A stretch of DNA of 64,000 bases from Torpedo marmorata. Taxonomy: Eukaryota. This document shows positions 24,390 through 37,407 of this stretch, piece by piece. Both the position numbers and the translations under genes were made by a program. Position 1 is the stretch's first letter; each line of letters starts with the position of its first letter. Where the stretch lies: the NCBI GenBank assembly GCA_977017645.1, contig OZ360250.1, forward strand, positions 36,270,001 to 36,334,000, written 5' to 3'. The notes below the pieces were generated by a model. That model ran no database searches and had not been told where the DNA came from. It saw only the letters and a program-made list of their open reading frames with translations.

Positions 24390-25580
24390 TCAGATAGCGT
24401 TGGAGAATTTAAACCCATGCATTTGTATGTTCGGGGAACTCCTCGATCCTCTACAGGGGTGACAGACCTCCCACAGGCCTGTGCACCAAATAAAGGGAAT
24501 TGGATAATGAAAAATCTGAGTCATCCATTCCTCAGGAGAGTAAACTGCTGATTGGGACCTCACCCCTGAACCTGGATCGAGGATCGACACCAATCCTCCA
24601 CTGTAGTGTGGAGAATCTCGTCTGTCACGTGACCCTACCGGCGAGTACCTAGTCAAAGGTCGCATCACCTGCCAATCAAGGTTGGACTCCACCTACCCAT
24701 TAGTGCACACCTGACCATTGGCCCCTTTAATCACCTAGCGATTATCTAGGCCGGACCCTCCAGCTTGCTGTACTATAAGAAGTAAACACGAAAATCTGTA
24801 GACACCGTAATAATGTAAAAAACACAAAAGCTGGAGAACTCAGCAGGTCAAACAGTGTCTTTTATGTAGCAAAGGTAGAAATACATAACCGACATTTCGG
24901 GCTTGAGCCCTTCATCAAAGTATGAGAAAATGTCGGCAGGCGTCCGAACGCCTGCCGGCATTTTCTCATACTTTGATGAAGGGCTCAAGCCCGAAACGTC
25001 GGTTATGTATTTCTACCTTTGCTACATAAAAGACACTGTTTGACCTGCTGAGTTCTCCAGCTTTTGTGTTTTTTGCTGTACTATAAGGTTCACCACGTGG
25101 AGAAGCTCTTCCTCTTTTGCTCTTCGGCCCGGAGACGAATCCTGCTCTACTCCAGGTCACGAATTGTGGACAACGCTGGAGGAGTCGCTGGTAAGATGTG
25201 CACTACATAAAGATCGGGGGTGTTGTATATTGTTGTAGCATCTGAGCCATGCCCACGTTAGACAAGGAACGGCAGGTGGCGTATTGTAGTCCTTGGTTGT
25301 GATATAAGTCTGTATAAGCAGTTGCTAATATCGGTATTTATTGTATCTGATGTGACTGGGTTGTACTGTGTTTGTATGAGTGTAAGCAGTTGCTAGTATC
25401 GATGGTGTTGACTCTGATGTGACTGATTATACTGTGTTGTGTGATTAAAAGCACAAGTGTGTGTTATCCCTGTTGCGATCCCCTTACATGTGTTTTAATA
25501 AAGATCCTTCCTGTGTTCAGCCTGTGTCCAGACACGTTGCTCTTTGAACCCACTGAACTTGTTTCCCTTCCCACACAACA
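24390..25580 (+). mobile_element. Probable solo LTR (5' boundary uncertain)
   Basis: TATA-like tactataag, downstream AATAAA (about 25497-25502), TG-rich U5-like region, ends ...caaca. No TSD established. Confidence 0.45.
24780..25074. mobile_element. Fold-back pair of Penelope-like 3' termini
   Basis: Arms 24817-24943 and 24948-25074 (2 mismatches seen), 4-nt loop. Flanked by ttgctgtactataag at 24765-24779 and 25073-25087. Confidence 0.9.
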
Positions 25581-25999
25581 CCCACAAATTCCACCAGCAG
25601 CAGCTCGGAGCTTTGTGACTGCCCTGGCATCTGCACTTGGGGATTCAACCACAGGCATTACTGGTGCAGGCACACTTCCTCCACAGCTTCATTCACCGTG
25701 CATCTCCACACCCTTTCCCCATGGCTCATTGCACTTGACTCGGAGGAACCTAGAAGGTCCTCAGGATTCCAGTGGTGGTACAATGGTTAAATCCAGCAGA
25801 CTACTCTACCAATCCAGAGATTCCGGTTCAAATCCCATCGCAACAAATGTGGCATTTTAACAAAACACAAGACTAGGAGGAAGTGGATTGTCGCAGAACC
25901 TTATCTGGTTCATTGATGTCCTCCAGAGGAGGAAACTGTCTTACCTGGCATCGCCTTAATGTGACTTCAGACCCACCAACGTGGTCGATGCATAATTAT

Positions 26000-26520
26000 G
26001 TACAGTTTTGGGCGCCTTATATGAGTAAAGACGTGTGGCGTTGGAGAGGGTTCAGAGAAGATTTACCAGAATGATACTAGGAATGAAAGGGTTAGCATAT
26101 GAGGAACAATTGTCAGCTCTTGGACTGTACTCGGAGTACAGAAGGATGAGGGGGGACCTCATAGAGGTATTTCAAATGCTGAAAAGCCTGGACAAAGTAG
26201 ATGTGGCAAGGACTCGGGAGGTCAAGGACAAGAGAGCATAACTTCAGGATAAAAGGGGGTCAATTTAAAACAGAGATGTAGAAAAAAAATTTTGTCAGAG
26301 GGTCGTGAGTCTGTGGAACCTGTTGCCACAGGCAGCTGTGGAAGCAAGGTCGTTGGGTGTATTTAGGGCAGAGATTGACAGGTATTTGATCAGTCAGGCC
26401 AACAAGGGTTACGGGGAGAAAGCCGGGGAGTGGGGCTGAGTGGGAGGATGATTAGAATGGCAGGGCAGACTCGATGGGCCTATGGGCCTACTTCTGCTCC
26501 TATATCTTGTGATCTTGTGA
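26000..26520 (+). mobile_element. CR1 LINE 3' fragment
   Basis: ALERVQRRFTRMI.GMKGLAYEE motif plus CR1 3' UTR. Confidence 0.85.
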
Positions 26521-26885
26521 AATTGCCCTGCAAAGCCTGGCTCAAGGCAGCAAGAACCCCACCAATAGCTTCTCAGGATATTTAAGGATGGGCTTTGCCA
26601 GTGCTGCCCACATCTCAAAAAAATGAATAAAAAGGAAGAAAAAAATCTCCAATCTGTGATCTGTTCACTGACCTTATTGTTGGGTATAGCAAACCTTGGA
26701 TTTGGAAGGCACAGCGTAGTCTGTCCATTCTTGTTTAGTAACTAATCAACCTCTCTCAGGGAGGGAGAGTTAGAAGCTGAGTCAGCACAAATGTGATTAT
26801 TCCCCAGTAGCTGTCAAACTTGGTTTATGCAGAAAGACCACTTGCAACGGAACCAAAAGAGGCAGCCTATAGCTGTGAAACCATG

Positions 26886-27500
26886 TCACAATCTTGAGGA
26901 GTAAAACACAAAAGTCTGCAGACACCGTGATTGAAGTAAAAACACAATGCTGGGGAAACTCAGCAGGTCAAACAGTGTCCTTTATATAGCAAAGATAAAG
27001 ATACATAACCAACGTTTCGGGTGTGAAACCTTCAAGCCCGAAACGTTGGTTATGTATCTTTATCTTTGCTATATAAAGTACACTGTTTGACCTGCTGAGT
27101 TTCTCCAGCGTCGTGTTTTTACTTTTATCACAATCTTGAGGAGTAAAACACAAAAGTCTGCAGACACTGTGATTGAAGTAAAAATACAATGCTGGGGAAA
27201 CTCAGCAGGTCAAACAGTGTCCTTTATATAGCAAAGGTAAAGATACATAACCAATGTTTCAGGCTTGAGCCCTTCATCAAGGAATGAGCAAAATGTAGGC
27301 AGGTGCCTGAAGGAAACTCAGCAGGTCAAACAGTGTACTTTATATAGCAAAGATAAAGATACATAACCAACGTTTCGGGTGTGAACCCTTCAAGCCTGAA
27401 ACGTTGGTTATGTATCTTTATCTTTGCTATATAAAGTACACTGTTTGACCTGCTGAGTTTCTCCAGCGTCGTGTTTTTACTTTTATCACAATCTTGAGGA
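26886..27500. mobile_element. Two tandem fold-back Penelope-terminus cassettes
   Basis: tcacaatcttgagga occurs at 26886, 27128 and 27486; each interval contains an inverted pair of about 70-88-bp arms. Confidence 0.88.
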
Positions 27501-28921
27501 AGGGGCAAAGGAACCCTTTTGCTTCCTACTGGAGAGACCATATATTTGACCTTTTTAGCTTTCACTGAGGTGCAGTCCGATGAGGCTGCAGAATTGAAAG
27601 ATCAATATTCCAGACCAAATTTTGATTCTGAGCAATTCTAATCACACTGGTCTAATTGACAAATGGCTTGCAAAAACAAACGCTAACTACAAAAAAAGAT
27701 CATCACCACACTCCAACGAGAAGGATAAGGCTAGAAGAATAGAACAGGGGAGTCAGCTGGGTTAGGGGGAGAACACATGGGAAAAGAAATCAAACAGGAG
27801 CTAACGATCCAAGGGAAAACTAATTGTGGCAAACCAATGACTTACTTGAGAGGAGATATCCGTTATAGCCATATCTTGCTGAGGACAATGCAAAGAAATG
27901 ACAGGTTAAGAGACGTGGAAGTGGGAATCATGTTTCATGAAAGGTCAACAAGGAGCATAAAGAGAAAAAAAAAATCAAATACAAGGAAGTTGAAACTGAT
28001 AAAGATGTTATGATAATAACATCTACCCTGTGTTTGTTCACACACAGTCACAGGTTGTGTTGATCTCCTATTCTTAAACCAAATGTCATTTCCAAAGATG
28101 CCTCAAGATGAGGCATGTTGTTTATACCACCATGTGCCAACTGATTACGGAGCCATTACAAACATCCTGTACCTGGATCAGTGACGTGAGGATGGCACAC
28201 TCATTGTTTAGTGTGTGTCTCCTTGTCTGACCTGAGCCACTAAAGTTGCCCAAAACTTCCAGTCAGCGGTACAGTAATTACATTCGCCCCTGACCTTGGA
28301 CAGGGATATAGGAATCTCCAGAGCAAGAACTTTCCCTTTAATGGCACCTGTTTTATTCAGACACCAGATTCAAGGGATCCCCAATGTCCAGCTGGCTGAG
28401 CAGCCAATCACATTAAAGAATTCTCACTGATAGCAAACCTGGAAACAAAACGTTCAATTTTGAATTAATCTTCTGTCATTATCCAGAATGCTAAATAAAC
28501 ATCACAACATGCACATGAATAAAGTTCTGAAATTCCACAAAACTATTCTTAAGGAAGCACACTTTAAAATTCATTATATATTGAAATATTCATGAGAAGA
28601 AACTATCAATCTCATAGATAAAATTAGCTTTTAGGACCACTTATTTGATAAGCACTAATTATGGCAGAAATTCAATAAGCTTTGGACTTTTAGGATATTT
28701 TACGGTTTGACATATAAATAGTTGAAATTCGCATCAGTTTCCAGCGATATTCCTTGATTTTGCCTCCAGAAAACCCACCCTGCAAAATTGTGCTGATTTG
28801 TTTTGAGCAGCTTCATCATTTGCACACCAAGAAACACAGATATAATATTCACCAAGTTGTTGTCATTTTACTGAGTGGAAATCACAAATCCTAGTAAGGT
28901 ACGTTGGCATAACTACCATTA

Positions 28922-29141
28922 ATTTAATTTAGACATACAGCATGGTTAACAGGGCCCTTCCGGCCCATGAGCCCATGCCGCCCAAATACCCCAAGTGCGG
29001 TGGGAGGTGACCAGAGCGCCCGGAGGAAACCACACAGACACGGGGAGAACGTACAAACTCCTTATGGACAACGCCGGATTCGAAACTGGGTCGCTGGCGC
29101 TGTAATAGCGTTGCGCTAACTACTACGCTAACCGTGCCGCC
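28922..29141 (-). mobile_element. V-SINE (HE1-like)
   Basis: Same family as the other V-SINE copies. Confidence 0.85.
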
Positions 29142-31140
29142 ATTGCCTAACCGTTACCTCTGACCTGACCAGCAGAGCAAACGGTCAAATAAAATATCGG
29201 CACATCCGTACATTGTACTCATGTATATGACAAAACACTGTTGTGTCATTGCACCTGCCAACGCAGTCTATCTCCTACAGAGCGTCAGAGCAGAGAAGCA
29301 GGCCCTTTGGCCTTCCATGCCCACAACGACCATCAAATTGATAGCTAGTCATACTGCCGAGAAGCAGGCCTTTCAGCCCATCGTGTCTATGCTGACATTG
29401 TACCCATCTGTAACTGCATTTACCAGTGGAGCCGTCAGCGCCTTGGAAATTCACGCACTTGTCCACTTACTACCTAAATCCCATGAGTGTACACACCCTA
29501 TCAGCTTCTCAGGCAGTGCTTCCCACATTGTAACCCCACTCTGCGTGATTTTTAGTTTCCTCAGATCCTCTCTCACCCTCTTCCTCGTCACTTTAACCTA
29601 TACCCTCTGGTTTTGGATGTCTCTGTGACTGTGAAATGTTTCGCACTATTGACGCGACCAACGTCTATTCATCCCCGTCCCACTGACCAGCAGTTCTGTC
29701 ACCGACAGTCCTGGCCCTGAGGCAGAGCTGGAGAAGATCCCTGGGCAGTAGAATGAGAATGAGGGGAGGGTGCAAAATGGACAATGGGTAAACACCAGCT
29801 CCAATCGGGAAGAATTCTGACAGAAAGCCTTCACTCTTGATGCCATCGCAGTGGAGACAGTTGTGGAATGAGAAAGCAAAGTGACAGAAGACAACATAGT
29901 TACTTGACAACTAGCTGCCTCCGCCTCATGCCTGGTACCCTGTACTAGAGATAACGTTAACAGAAGAATTGCCTCACTAAGATTAGTGAGCGCAGCATTT
30001 ACAAGCACGATTGCTGCTTGTGTCGAGATAGTCGGGTCAGTTCCTAATGCAGGCTGACTTGAAGGAAGGGAAATGGAGCTGAATCTTGCTCTGAGCCTGA
30101 TCCGGATGAGACCTGTGCATCTCCGCAAAAGGTCCTGCTTTATTCACAAAAGGTCACTCCTTGGGCTGAAGGCAGCACCGTGACAGAAATCTTCCCAGGA
30201 AACATTTCTTACCCTGGCATCTGTCGCCAGGAATAGCGCGGAGCAGAAGGACTCTGAAAAACAACTGTCTTGCACGAAAAAATGTTGCAAGAGGAATCGG
30301 CTGCCTGGTGGTAAGAAACTGTCAGGGTGAGTTTTGTGACAACCAGCCACACTCAGGAAATGAAAACGCAAACATAATTTCCATGTCACCATATATAAAC
30401 CCTCCACTGAATTCACAGCAGAAGATGGAGACAGCATCATTTCCAGCCTGTCCACATCACAACGAACCACTCACTGCTTCGGTTCCAGTGACGTTGGTAA
30501 GAAACACTGTGGTAAGAAACCATGCTAATAACTGCCTCTAGCAATAGAAATTCCCGACCTCTCTTCCTGTTAGCCTACACAGGATCCTTTGAAATACTAT
30601 TTTGACAGTAATATCCTGCTTCAAAATGTTTGCACATTGTTAAGAGTAGGTTTGGTGGATACAGGCAGGAGTGTTTATATATTCTATGGCTTTAAAGTGC
30701 TGAAGATTTATGCACATCATGTGGGACAAGCAGTTCAGAGTGCCTTGGCTCCAGTGGATGGGTACGTACACACACACATTCAAAGTTCCCCTCTTCCCCC
30801 ATTGGACTTAGTCAGCTTGATTGGCCAGATGGCTTACTCCTTCTCCTATTTCTTATGTTCTTATGTCATGTTGAGCTCTGAAAGAGTCCAGTGCAGGGAA
30901 CTCCTCTGGACACTTCAGTTGGAGGAGAAATCCCAGACCACTCTTTGCCAGCTGACAATACATGTGATTGTCTTTGACATTCAGAAGCACTTAAAAACGT
31001 ACATGTGAAAAAAAAAATCAAAGCACATTAAATAATTGTAAACAATATTGTAAATACAGGCCATTTTATAAGATGTAACCTTCCCTGGAGCTCCACAATC
31101 CCCATTCACATGAATGGACTGATGGATCCTGTGCCCCTTT

Positions 31141-34105
31141 TGTGATGTTTCTTTTTATTGTAATAAAGAAACTTGGGTTCTTTTACAACAACTATACTTT
31201 ATTAGCGATAGACTCAAGACAGTGTGGAGGCATCCATCTTGAATCCAACCGAAGCTGCCACAAAGTAGTCTCTGACTCCCTCTAGTGGTCAGGAGTGTCA
31301 CTAGCACTCTCCCCTTTCCTTGAGATGTTTAATCTAACAACATGACACACTAATACAGTATTCATTTCAATTTAAAGTTCAACACAAACGTAAACACAAC
31401 ATCAGCAGCACAAACTTTTTAAGTGTGTAGTTCTTTTTCTTTTAGAGATTCAGTCTGTCAGGTGCTTTGATAACGCGTGTGGATCTTCTTAACATAGGTG
31501 CTTGTGTCGGCTCTGCTGGTGCATTACTGTCTAGCACTGGTGGTGTTTCCTCCGTTGCTGTGCAGGCTGGATCTTCTGCATTTGTCTGTTCCTGCAGTTT
31601 CTCTTGCATTTTCAGCAGGCTCTTTCGATTCCTCCTCAGTATTAACCATCCTCTATTCTGACAGTGTAGGATCTTGGATTTACTTCCTCCAGAACAGTAG
31701 CCTTTTTGTCCCAAGTGTTGGAATCTCTGAGTCTCACTGTGTTATGTTGTGCCAGTGGCCCTAAGCTTCTTGCTGACTTGTCATAGTTTGCTTTTTGTCT
31801 CCATTGCAGACGCTTTTGTTTCCGTTCGACATCTTTGTTCTTGATTGGGTCTGCAGAGTAGGGAAGTGTGGTGCGTAGTCTATGTCCCATTAGAAGCTCA
31901 GCGGGTGACATGCCATATTCAAGTGGCGAAGCTCTGTAACTCAATAGAGCTAGATACAGATCTGAGCCACTGTCTAGTGCTTTCTTGAGCAACTGTTTAA
32001 CTATGTGAACTCCTTTCTCTGCTTTACCGTTTGACTGTGGATGCAGAGGACTTGAAGTCACATGTTGAAAATCATACTCTTCTGCAAAGTTCTGGAATTC
32101 TCTACAACTGTAGCATGGTCCGTTGTCACTGTAGACAATTTGAGGAATTCCATGTCTTGCAAGGATCGATTTCATATATTTTATCACACAAGCAGCAGAC
32201 ATATTAGGAAGCAGCGCAATCTCTGGATAGTTCGATAGATAATCAATAACCAGCAAGTAATTATTTCCATCCATATGGAACAGATCAGTCCCAACTTTCT
32301 GCCATGGTTCTGCTGGTAAGTCAATTATTATCATGGGTTCCTTTGTCTGCTTTGCGTGATGTTTCAAACAGGTCTCACAGTTTGAAACCATTCTGTCAAT
32401 GTCAGCATTTATCCCTGTCCAATAAACAGCAGTTCTGGCCCTCCTCTTACATTTTTCCATTCCAAGGTGCCCCTCATGCACCCTTTTCAGCATCTCTTGT
32501 CGCAGTGATTGAGGAATGATAATTCTGCTCTGTCTGAGTAGAATCCCATTGACAACACTCAGCTCAGCTCTGATGTTGTAGTATGGCTGACATTCACCTC
32601 AAGGCCATCCTTCATTCAGATTCTTGATAACCTTCTGTAGAACTGTGTCCTTTTCTGTTTCAGCTGCGATCTGCTTGGATTTCATGTCAGATACGGGAAG
32701 AGATTCAGTGATCCAATTCACGTGGATATTCACATCTGTCTCTGTGCAACTCTCATTGTGTGCTTCACTCTGCGTCATTGCCCTGGATAACGCTTTAGCT
32801 AACACAATAGGTTTCCCTGGTGTGTACACCCTCTCGACTAGGCTTAAGTTTTCACATGCTTTGTCACCAAGCAGTGATTCACGTCCATCTGGGACTACTG
32901 TGAACCTGAGGTGGTGCTCTTTATCTTTAACTTTCACCTTGAGTATACATGTACCTTTCGTGTCGATGCTCTGTCCATTGTAGGCTTTGTGCTGTACAGG
33001 ATTTGTATGGATGTATGGCTTTACCTTCATTGCCCTGATGTCGCGCTCACAGATCAAATTGACCTTTGCCCCTGTGTCCAGCTTGAAAGGAATATTTGTT
33101 CCATTTGTATGTAATGACACAGTCCACTTGTCCTGCTCGACTCTGTTCACGCTTGGCTGTTCAGTGTCTGTTGGTTTATAATCTTTATGCACTACCATGC
33201 CAACGTAAAGTGTATCACTGAGAGCAGTTTCTTCTATAGTGTTTTACATTGTGCACGCTTTCACTTCTGTTTTGTTTCCCTTTGAAAAAACATTGCTTTG
33301 CATAATAATTCTGCCCTTTGCACTTATTACAGACTTTTCCATAGGCTGGGCATTGTTTTTGGTGCATGTTGAGTGCCACATCGTTTACAAATGAATGTCT
33401 CTCCTTCTTTTTGTTGTTTCCTATGTCTCATTTTTTGTTTATGTGTGTGGACACACACTGTGGCTATGGCTATGCCTTCGTTTTCACTGGCTTTTGCACT
33501 CTCACCGAACTTTTTCGCGTGCTGCAGAGCTAATTCACTGGCGTGGCATATCTTCACAGCTCCAGCTAAGGTAAGCTCTGTCTCTTGCAGCAACCTCTCT
33601 CTCACTTTCTTATCAATAATCCCGAAAACAATTTGATCACGGATCATTGAATCTTGCAGCAATCCAAAATTGCATGTTCTTGCTTTTATTTTCAAGTCCG
33701 TTAAAAAAGTATCAAAGCTCTCTCCCTGCAGCTGCATGCACGAGCGAAACACGTAGCTCTCGAACATTTCATTTTTCTTTGGTGAACAGTGTTCATCAAA
33801 CATCTCGATAACCTTGTCGAACTTGCCCTGGTCTTCTGCCTCGGCAAAAACAAATGTATTGAAAACCTCTAGTGGTTGTTGAGGTCCTGCCACGGTAAGT
33901 AGCAGTGCAATCTTCCGTGCATCAGGTATGCTATCGAGTCCAATGGCTTGCAGGTGCAGCATGAATCTATGTTTGAACAGCCTCCACTCGTGGTCGACGT
34001 TTCCAGTCCAATTTACAGCATCAGGAGCCTTCACAGTTTCCATTTCTCTGCTGCTATCGACTGATACACACTCTGCACACTCCTAGTGTTTACCCCACTC
34101 CTGGT
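31141..34105 (-). mobile_element. Ty3/Gypsy LTR retrotransposon, decayed: gag, protease, integrase, PPT and 3' LTR; RT/RNase H absent
   Basis: gag 33327-34043 (IRDQIVFG, CKRCG knuckle), protease FKLDTGA, integrase 31642-32493 (HEGH..C..C, DLF, SDNG, GKAE). PPT aaggaaaggggagag precedes TG at 31306. PBS-like accaggagtgggg near 34093-34105. Confidence 0.9.
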
Positions 34106-34348
34106 GTAACCAAGATGATGGTGTAACCAAGATGATTGTGTAACCAAGATGATGGTGTAATGAAGATGACGGTGTAATGAAAATGATTGCGTAATCAAGA
34201 TGATCAAGATTATGGTGTCACCAAGATGATGGTGTAACCAAGATGATGGTGTAACCAAGATGATGGTGCAACCAAGATGATGGTGCATCCAAGATGATGG
34301 TGTAACCAAGAAGATGGTGCAAACTAGATGATGGTGTAACCAAGATGA
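34102..34348. repeat. 17-bp minisatellite, about 14 copies
   Basis: Unit tggtgtaaccaagatga with variants. Confidence 0.92.
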
Positions 34349-34917
34349 TCTGTTGATTGCCATGGGCACAGAGGAGAAAATCTATTTTTGGAGAAAGTGC
34401 GCCCGAGATTACATGAGCGGTGTTAAGCAGAAGGGAAGCACATGTTTCTTTTATGAAATGGAGGTTGATGCCAAAAGCCCATAACAAACAGTGAAAGGAA
34501 ATATAGAGGCCATGACCTACATGCTGAAGCCTAACGTTTTAGAAGGACTCAGGTTCTTCCTTGCAGCATGACATGTTTTCTATGGCGCACAACCTATTGC
34601 ATCATTTCTTGTAAAAGGATGTGAAAGGGAAGTGGAACAAGCAGCAACAATAAGTGCATGAAGAAATGGCAAATGAAGGTCTCCTTGTTCACCAGAACAT
34701 TGTGTGCAAGCTGGAGTTGGCGAGTGATGGGTCCAGTCATGGTGCAGATACGGTGGTGTGGCAAATTGTGGACAGTGCGCAAGAGAAGCACATGACTTTT
34801 ACTTCTAGCACTGTTGCAAAGATCAACTCTGCACATGAGGGTGGAAACGAACGTTGAGAGAGATAGAGATATTTCAACAATTTTTTTACAGGCAGAGCAT
34901 AACCCACAAGGAATAAC

Positions 34918-35720
34918 AAGATTCAAGATTCAATTTATTGTCATAGCAATAAGACAGTGTCATATTCCATGAAATTTCTTTTTGCCTGCTGCAAGCCAGA
35001 CAGATTCGCCACCGGCAGAAATTGCCTAAGCGCCTCTAACATTCCTTACAGTCAGAGAAAGAGAAGCAAAAGAAAGTCCCCCCAGAGTCACCAAGTGTCC
35101 ATAGATTCGCCTCCAGCACTTCCGCAGCCACACAGAGTCCAGTCCAAACGATCGGCAACCCGAGCTCCAGATCCGAACCTCCGACACGGTCAGGTCGCCC
35201 TCGGCACCCCCTCGCATCCCGGTTCCGATACCTGGTACTCCTCCAGCCAGTTCGAGCCAGCCTCCAGCAGTCCGCAGCCTGGCGTGAGTCCCCCGACAGC
35301 AGTCTCCAGCAGCCTACAGCCTCCGCGGGTTCCTCGCCTCGAGTCGCCAGCAGCCCGCCGCATGCACTGGTCCTTCAGCCTCAGAGCCCCTCACCGGTCC
35401 GCCGCCGTGGTCACCGTCCCGTGGGTCGTCTCCTCCACTTCTCCTTCTCAGACAGGGGGGGGGGGGGGGTGATCTTCCCGTCCTCTGGTGCCCTGCTCCA
35501 GTCCTCGGCTTCCCCGGAATCTGCAGCCCCTCGTGGCTGCTGCCGGTTAAAAGGCGCTGCCATCTTGGGCGCAGACCCCGCGGTTGCGGGATCTTAAATA
35601 AAACCACCGTCGGCTCCTTTAACGGGCCGTTCAACGCCCGTGCGGAACCGACTGCAGTCGCCAGGTTCAGCAATCCACCAGGATCGAGGGTGATTTGCTC
35701 TTCTGTGGATTCTGAGGTGA
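34918..35720 (-). mobile_element. Non-coding GC-rich retroposon with Rex/Babar-type tail
   Basis: Minus strand ends tgacaataaa(ttgaatc)n; homologous to 39960-40210(+). Confidence 0.65.
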
Positions 35721-36167
35721 CAGATGAGGCCAATGTGGGACTGCAGACTCTTCAACATGCGGGGCAAGAGGGGCTTGGCAGAGCTTGGGAGATGGTGCTG
35801 CCCTTCTACCATTTAGGGTAGGTTCCGTGTTCTCCAAATGCTCCGTGTTCTTGGTGTCATCCTGAATGCTTCTTCCCTAGTTTGAGTGGTCACGGGCCAA
35901 TAATTCCCTGGAATGGTTGAACTTTTTTGAAGGAATCCTTTAATCTTTTCATCTCTCCACCTGGCAATCACTTCCTATGGAGAATTTGGTATGAAGTGTT
36001 TCTTTCAGGAGTTTGGTGTCAGGCAGGCAAACAAGGCCTGCCCATTCGGGCCCTGTTTAATTAGGACCTCAATGCTGGGGATATTGGCTTGAAAGGACAA
36101 TGTCAGTTCACTTCCTTACAATGGATTTTGATGATTCTGCAAAGAGAGTATTGGTGGTTCCACTCGG

Positions 36168-36960
36168 TGCTTTGTGAGGAGTTTGAGGAGATTCGCTATG
36201 TCATCGAAGACTCTCGAAAACCTCTCCAGGTGTACCGTGGAGAGCCTTCTGGCTGGTTGCATCATTGTCTAGTATGGAGGTGCCAACACTCAGGACAAGA
36301 AAAAACTCCAGAGGGTTGTTAACTCGGCCTGCGACATCATGGGCACCAGACTTCACTCCATCGAGGACATCTACAAGAGGCAGTGTCTTAAGAAAGCAGC
36401 CTCTATCCTCAAGGACCCTCACCACCCAGGCCATGCCCTCTCCACTCTGCTACCATCGGGAAGGAGGTACAGGAGCCTGAAGACGAGCACTCAGCGGCAC
36501 AAGGACAGCTTCTTCCCCTCTGCCATCAGATTCCTGAATGAACAATGAACCATAGACAATGCCTTACTTTGTCTTTTTCTTTTTCTTGCACTATTTTTAT
36601 TAATAATATAAGGTGATTTATAGAAATGTTTGCACTCTGATGCTGTCACAAAACAACAAATGTTTAGATTTTAGATTTAGACATACAGCACGGTAAAAGG
36701 CCATTTCGGCCCCCGAGTCCGTGCCGCCTAATTTACACCCAATTAACCAACACCCCCGGTATATTTTGAAGGGTGGGAGGAAACCAGAGTCCCCGGGGAA
36801 AACCCACGCAGACACGGGGAGAACGTACAAACTCATTACAGACAGCGCGGGATTCGAACCCCAGTCCCGATTGCTGGCGATGTAAAGGCGTTGCGCCAAC
36901 TGCTACGCCAACCGTGCCCCATTGTGACATGTTCATGGCAATAAATTCTGATTCTGATTT
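36168..36960 (+). mobile_element. Rex1/Babar-type LINE fragment with antisense V-SINE (about 36662-36920) in its tail
   Basis: LKKAASILKDPHHPGHAL..LLPSGRRYRS; V-domain on the minus strand. Confidence 0.85.
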
Positions 36961-37407
36961 TTCTGCTTTGAGGTAAACATAACAGGTCCATGCATTAGAA
37001 GGGCAGGGACCACTACTGCCTGATAGACCACAACCTTTGTGCTGGTTTTGAGGACTTAATCTTCAAACACTCTTTTCCTTAGATGGCCAAAGGCTGCATT
37101 GGTGCACTGAAGGTGAGATAATTTCATCATTAATATCTGTCTTCAGCAAAGGAGGTTCCCGAGGTATGGGAAGTGGCCGACATTTTGCAGGGTATGGTTC
37201 TCGATTTATATTGCTGGAAGGTAGCATTGAACAGTGGAGACAGATTGAGAGAGGTCTTGTATATATTAAACCACATCCTCTCTTACAATTTAATGAACAA
37301 GTTGACAAAAGCTCAGAGCTCAATGTCTGAGGCACACCTCCTGCAACAGCATCATGGATGCAAATACAGTATATGTGGTCTATCACAGTACACACAGTGC
37401 AGACGTT

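Noticed and set aside
29646-30470. Two minus-strand ORFs and a strong donor (CAGG|gtaaga at 30213)
   Set aside because: The nearest acceptors give 41, 52 or 56 nt, none frame-preserving, and the peptides are unrecognisable.
34957-35733. GC-rich ORFs suggesting a CpG-island gene
   Set aside because: They lie inside a repeat with a second copy at 39960-40210.
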